From an uncultured candidate division Zixibacteria bacterium (lineage in GTDB: Bacteria > Zixibacteria > MSB-5A5 > RBG-16-43-9): a stretch of DNA of 64,000 nt. A model generated the notes under the pieces. It did no database searches, was not told where the DNA came from, and saw only the letters and a program-made list of their open reading frames with translations. The translations under genes and the position numbers were made by a program. The stretch lies in assembly GCA_963713865.1 (NCBI GenBank), contig OY970208.1:576001-640000 (forward strand). Direction: 5' to 3'. Of the stretch, positions 61,270 to 64,000 are shown piece after piece; the first letter of the stretch is position 1, and every line of letters starts with the position of its first letter.

Positions 61270-62088
61270 TTATTTCTTACAAACTATTAAGAAATGTTCA
61301 CTAATGCCCACTGCGCTTGGATGAGTACAGGTTTTCAAATGAATCTCCTGCCAGATCTTCCAGGCTCTTGGATATTTTTTAAAGAGCTTATTCGTCTCTT
61401 GCGGATGATAAGTAGCCAGTCCTTCAAGACCTGCCATCTCGAGAATTTTCATCTTTCTCTTTTTGAATGAATACTCTATTTCTTCGGGCAAGTAAAAGTG
61501 GCAGGATGTAAAACCATAGCCCCCATAATAATCGCCATCATCTCTAAGCTTTTGATAGAGTCCCTTTATTTCCAACTCCTCTGGAAATCTGACCAATCCG
61601 CCTACTAAAACTGCTAATCTTCCAATCACCGATACAAAAATCGGAGAACATCTCTTCGTCACCCTGATTAATTCATCAATCGCTTTTTCTCTTTTCTTTC
61701 TATTTAAAATATGAGATAATGCCCCACCTAAACAAATCACTGCCTCAAATGTGTCGTTCTCAAATATAGAAAAATTATCGATAGAACCTTGCAATATCAG
61801 TTTTACTTTATTTTGCACTTTAGCTTTTTTAATTTGTATTTTAGCAATATTTATCAATTCAGGAGTTAAATCAAGCAAAACAATATCGTATCCCAGTTTT
61901 GCTAATTCAATTGTATATCTGCCTGGTCCACCTCCAGCATCCAATACTAAACCTTTTTTGGGAAGATATTTTTTAAGGAAGTATATGGTTGTATTAAACT
62001 CCAATCGATGGTAAGGGTCTTGGGTAAGTCTTCTCCACTCCTTTATGCCAAACTCAGAATAATAATCTTTAACTGATGTTTCAACCAT
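61270..62088 (-). CDS. Class I SAM-dependent methyltransferase
   Basis: VLDAGGGPGRY, LLDL, FEAVICLGG.LSH. Confidence 0.88.
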   Translation of the reverse strand: MVETSVKDYYSEFGIKEWRRLTQDPYHRLEFNTTIYFLKKYLPKKGLVLDAGGGPGRYTIELAKLGYDIVLLDLTPELINIAKIQIKKAKVQNKVKLILQGSIDNFSIFENDTFEAVICLGGALSHILNRKKREKAIDELIRVTKRCSPIFVSVIGRLAVLVGGLVRFPEELEIKGLYQKLRDDGDYYGGYGFTSCHFYLPEEIEYSFKKRKMKILEMAGLEGLATYHPQETNKLFKKYPRAWKIWQEIHLKTCTHPSAVGISEHFLIVCKK

Positions 62089-62227
62089 AATTTTGTAGCG
62101 TCGGGCTTTACGCCCGACGATTTCTCCTTAGTTTTGGGAAATCACATTACTGAAGATTCAATAAGATTAAGATGGGGCGGAGTTAAACTCCGCCCCTACG
62201 TGAACTAATTACCTCATAAAGTACTTA

Positions 62228-63673
62228 TTAATAATTCGGTCCAAAATCCTTATTGAAAGCCTCAGCCAGCTTGGCACCCCAGTTATCCAGCGGAACAAGC
62301 TTCCCGAAGAAGAACCTGAGCACTGGCGGCTCTTCCACGAATTTTAAACCTTTGACCATATCCCTGTGCTTATATAACCAGTTTAATCTGTCAACCACAT
62401 ACTCGATATGCGACAGGGTATAAGTCCTTCGGGGAACTGCAAGCCTTGCCAATTCTAAGTCTGAGTAGACCTCGTTCCCATCCTTATCCCGGTCCATTGA
62501 AATAGTGCCTCTTTCCATACATCTAACACCAGAAACAATGTAAATAGCCGCAGATAAGGCTCCTGCAGTATATTGAGATGGAGGGATATCTGGCAGGAAT
62601 AGTTTTGCATCAACGTGACATGCCAACCCACCAGCTGGTGTAACCACGGGGATATTTTCCTTCTCACATCTTTCCACAAAATATTTTACCTGTTCGGGCA
62701 CGCTTCCAGCTACGTTGGGATCCATCATCTCCCGGATTCCCACCGCCATCGCCTCTATCTCCTTAAACGAAATACCTCCATAAGTCAGAAAACCCTCGTA
62801 GACCGGAAGCCATGGTTTTATAAGCTCATAATACTCCTGATTATTTGTAGCGATAAATCCTCCTCGGGCACTGCTGTTTTTCCTGGTACTCATATATATT
62901 ATATCCACCTGGCCCATTGCTTCCTTGGTAATCTCTTGAATTGTATTGTTCTCAAATCCCTTTTCCCTGAGCTTAACGAAATAGGAGTTCTCGGAGATAA
63001 GGGTTGCATCCATAAGCAGAGGTATTCCCTGCTGATTACAGATGGTTTTTACCTCTTTTAGATTTTGCATGGAGAAAGGCTGACCCCCTAAGAGATTAGT
63101 GGTTGCCTCTATCCTCACAAAGGGGATCTTATCCTTTCCATATTTCTTTATAACATCCTTTAATTTCTGGATATCTATATTTCCTTTAAAGAGATTCTGG
63201 CTTTGGGTATTAAGGGCTTCATCCGCATATATCTCTAAAACCTTACCTCCTGCTAACTCGAAATGTGCTTTGGTGGTGGTGAAATGGTAATTCATTGGAA
63301 TTATATCCCCTGGCTTGATAAGTACCTTAGCTATGAGATGTTCAGCCGCCCTGCCCTGATGAACCGGCAGCACATAGTCGAACCCTAATACATCTTTTAT
63401 CGCCGCAGTCAACTTATAGAAACTCTCACACCCGGCATAAGCATCGTCCGAGACCATCATCGCCGCAAGCTGGTTATCGCTCATGGCATTGGTCCCGCTA
63501 TCAGTAAGCATATCAATAAATATATCTCTGCTTCTTAACGAAAAGGTATTATAGCCACCCTCTTCTATAGCCTTTAATCTCTGATTAACGGGTATCAAAT
63601 TTGACCTCTGAACAATTCTTATCTTATGCATCTCAACTGGAATTTCTCTCCCATCCGAAAGCTTCACTATCAT
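62228..63673 (-). CDS. Tryptophanase/tyrosine phenol-lyase family beta-eliminating lyase
   Basis: IDMLTDSGT, DDAYAG, HQGRAAE, HFTTT, GGQPFS, EGF.TYGG, MERG, RLAVPRR, LRFF. Confidence 0.88.
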   Translation of the reverse strand: MIVKLSDGREIPVEMHKIRIVQRSNLIPVNQRLKAIEEGGYNTFSLRSRDIFIDMLTDSGTNAMSDNQLAAMMVSDDAYAGCESFYKLTAAIKDVLGFDYVLPVHQGRAAEHLIAKVLIKPGDIIPMNYHFTTTKAHFELAGGKVLEIYADEALNTQSQNLFKGNIDIQKLKDVIKKYGKDKIPFVRIEATTNLLGGQPFSMQNLKEVKTICNQQGIPLLMDATLISENSYFVKLREKGFENNTIQEITKEAMGQVDIIYMSTRKNSSARGGFIATNNQEYYELIKPWLPVYEGFLTYGGISFKEIEAMAVGIREMMDPNVAGSVPEQVKYFVERCEKENIPVVTPAGGLACHVDAKLFLPDIPPSQYTAGALSAAIYIVSGVRCMERGTISMDRDKDGNEVYSDLELARLAVPRRTYTLSHIEYVVDRLNWLYKHRDMVKGLKFVEEPPVLRFFFGKLVPLDNWGAKLAEAFNKDFGPNY

Positions 63674-64000
63674 TTAAACCTCCTTAATTGGTTTTAGTTT
63701 CAATTTATTCTTACAAATTTTTCTTAATATCAAATTTATATCTCTTAAAAGATAATTTATTGCTCTAATTTATCTTTTCCTATTAAAAAATCAACTATAT
63801 TCTTTGTTTGTAAGGGGACTAAAAGACTCTGGTTATCGAGGTTAAGGTTAAAAGACCTCTATCCTTTTTGAAATAAAACACTGCTTGAAGAAAAAATGTG
63901 GTGGAGGTCTTCAGGCTTCTTTTTTCTCTGAAAAGAGAATGATCGAAACTTACCACTGCTTCTTTAATTTCAATTTTTGGTGTTGCTATTTTTAAGAACC

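Overview
Bacterial window, AT-rich, most consistent with candidate division Zixibacteria or a related FCB lineage. That placement is inferred from dockerin-tailed and FlgD/T9SS-like-tailed secreted proteins. Housekeeping genes include the rplI 3' end, larE, nadC-birA-coaX, CIRCE-groES-groEL, rarA, ilvC, a MacAB-TolC exporter and an M16 peptidase. A minus-strand block of accessory enzymes, partly decayed, spans 52.7-63.7 kb. The main find is at 4.2-20.6 kb: an orphan GlmL-like ASKHA ATPase and a barrel-sandwich/KOW protein precede three tandem, diverged copies of a four-gene membrane cassette (A DUF6754-like, B, C, D). This is a candidate uncharacterised ATP-coupled multi-subunit membrane machine. 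A thermolysin gene has been inserted into this locus between two copies of a gene 3' end that differ only at synonymous sites. Four separate +1 frameshifts all sit in the same CCAGAAC/GTTCTGG motif, which suggests a systematic, possibly modification-linked, sequencing artefact. Intergenic DNA is packed with nested REP-like palindromes, some of which appear inside genes. No rRNA, tRNA, CRISPR array or transposase was recognised. All family assignments are by eye; no searches were run.
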